Assembly (NCBI RefSeq): GCF_006345805.1 | Contig: NC_042999.1 | Span: 56,730,001 to 56,794,000, forward strand | Source of the DNA: Octopus sinensis | Lineage: Eukaryota | Direction: 5' to 3' | Length of the DNA stretch: 64,000 nucleotides | Shown: positions 61,631-64,000 of the stretch, piece by piece | Layout of the letters: the number at the start of each line of letters is the position of its first letter | Position numbering within the stretch: position 1 is the first letter of the stretch | The notes under the pieces: model-generated | What the model was told of the DNA's origin: nothing | The model's input: the letters and a program-made list of their open reading frames with translations, nothing else | Database searches by the model: none | Made by a program: the position numbers and the translations under genes

Positions 61631-62221
61631 AATTGAAAAAGAAAATGAATTGAAATTTTTAAGAAAGGAATTTGTTTACATACATGTGTCAAATGGCAAA
61701 TGTTTGTGCAGTTGTCTGAAATGGAACCAGGGTAAATGTGTGGAACTGATGTATTATAATGAATAGTCCTTCTTGTTGTGAATATTAATTTGATTAATAT
61801 GAACTGAAAACCAGTGGTGTAGCATAGGTGATCTTCTTCTAGCAAAAAGGATGACCAGTCTGAATGGGTCATCCCTGTCACACACACACACACACACACA
61901 CGCACCCTCATACACACACACACACACGCACACACAGACACACACGTTAGCTTACAATTTTATTTATATATTTGCGTGTCTATGTGTCTAAAGAGGAAGT
62001 GGGAGTAATAGGCAGAGTAAAGGCTTCAAAGTGAAAGAGTGAAATGTTAAAATATTGAGTTTTCTCGAATTTTGTCTTAATTGGGGGTGAAATTGAAAGA
62101 AATTTTGTATGGCATGACCGAATGGAAGTACTTGTAAAAATCATGGGTAAACTGTAATTGAAGAAATGTGGGTGAGGAGTAAATCGTTATGTATTTATTT
62201 GTTTCTGTTTGCTGTTTTTTT

Positions 62222-62321
62222 NNNNNNNNNNNNNNNNNNNNNNNNNNNNNNNNNNNNNNNNNNNNNNNNNNNNNNNNNNNNNNNNNNNNNNNNNNNNNNN
62301 NNNNNNNNNNNNNNNNNNNNN
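62222..62321. other. Assembly gap (100 N)
   Basis: Run of N. Confidence 1.
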
Positions 62322-64000
62322 TCCATCTACTAAATTTACTCACAAGGCATTGGTTGACTTGGGGCTACAGTAGATGACGCTTACTCAAGGTGCCGTGTAG
62401 TGGGACTGAACCTGAAAACACATGGTTGCAAAGCAATCTTCTTAATCACACAGCCATGTCTCCCCCTATTTAAACAGTTTTAAGGAATAATTTCCAAGTA
62501 GATTGAAATAGAAAGAATTGTAAAGAAATAGTCATAGTTTAAGTTGAATGTAGCAGCAACTAGCTACAACAATCTGTGCAAAATGTCCTAAGATATAATA
62601 TTGTTTAGTGTAATGCCATGCAGTTCAAGGGCCAACCTAACATTTTATACCTTGATGACAAGAGTGATAAAAATATCAGTTACATATAGCAGTTGATTAT
62701 AGTGACTGTACTGTCTGTGTGCTTGGTAAATTTTTATTGTAGGTTACTGTGAAATGAAACTTATCTATTTTAAAATACTTATACCTGGGTCAGCCTTGGT
62801 TCTGCAGACTTATTGAACAAAACCTTTCCAGTTCTCACCATCTTGTCTTTCCTTTTTACACAATGTATTTTTAGATACATTGTGTCCTTCATTTTTTTAG
62901 TAGAGTAAGGTGTGGAATCTCTAGCAACTCCAGTGATAGTGTGGATGTGTCCCTCATCATTAAATGTGAAGTTTATTGAGAGGTTATTGAAGTGAATGTT
63001 TGTTAACAGTGTTATTTTAATTCAAGTAGTTTATATGATATTTTATAATAAAAACAATAATAAAAAATTGCAATAATGAAGCTTGTTATTTTATTGTTGT
63101 AAATGTCTACAAGTTTACAATAATGTTGAATTCTTTGCCATGAAACCACCTCAATTCTGGGAAGAGGGTATTTTCAAGTTAAAGGAGAGATGGAGACGCA
63201 TTGTCCAACAAAATTTGGTTGATTAAAAATGTAATGGCAAGTATTTATTGACATTTTTCTTTCTTTTAAAAATCGACACAAACTTTCTGGACAACCCAAT
63301 ATAACAATGTTTATGTCTGACAGACATAAACACTGTTATAGTATACATTTTGTCAGCCTGTTATAGCATTCTACCAACCATTAACAGATATAATATGCAT
63401 TCTGTCAAACATCAACATAAATATAGCATTCTGTTACACTGAATGCTGCTATAACATACATTCTGTCCAAACATCAACACTGTCATAATACTTATTCTGT
63501 CAATGTTATTAACAATCATATACATCACCATCATAACGACAATCCAAGATGGATTTGTTGTTATATATTCCTTCAGACTCACTCTCCAGTGCATGCTACC
63601 ATTCAATTTTTGATGTATTTGGATTTCAGACTTACTTCCCTTAACTATCCTTTACAATAATCATCATTAATATTAATATCGTCCATTTTTTTTTTTTGTT
63701 TTTCATTATAGGTGTAATTCATTAAAAAATATTTGGATGCTGACTATGAAGTCTATTAGATCCTATAGGTTAATCCTGCAGAAGGTATTGGAAATTTTCA
63801 CAAATTATTTTTCTATGATATCGTAGGCAAGAAGCCAGATTTTGTTGGAGCAATTGTTTTTACAACTAAATATATATATATATTATGCAGGCATACCTGT
63901 GTGGATAGTCGCAGGCATGGCTGTGTGATAAGAAGTTTGCTTCCCAACCACATCGTTCCAAGTTCAGTCCCACTGTGTAGCATCTTGCGCTAGTGTCTTC

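Noticed and set aside
62077-62377. ORFs crossing the N run
   Set aside because: Artefacts of the assembly gap.

Overview
AT-rich, microsatellite-dense animal DNA; the SINE/RTE/Helitron repertoire suggests an octopus-type cephalopod (inference). One host gene is well supported: SDR39U1 (epimerase-family SDR, + strand), five coding exons at 32015-42721 with consistent splice phases; exon 1 is uncertain. A possible exon of a second gene lies at 55250-55336. The rest is nested mobile DNA: several Helitrons (two sets with exact head-to-tail junctions), RTE, Gypsy, CRE and Penelope fragments, tRNA-derived SINEs, MITEs and satellites. The most unusual region is 19330-23595, a composite insert that splits a Helitron helicase. 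It holds an LTR-like unit in direct-inverted-direct arrangement with a ~1 kb hairpin-centred palindrome. Inside it is a 1.7 kb TSD-flanked retroelement with an intact Tx1-like ORF1, no ORF2, and the same 3' tail as an abundant SINE family. Other highlights: a Penelope-like element with a twin-priming-like inversion and a minimal hammerhead motif, a tRNA-headed SINE with a hammerhead-like tail, and a CpG-decay boundary near 30.3 kb. Family names come from remembered motifs, not database searches; repeat boundaries are approximate unless termini are quoted.
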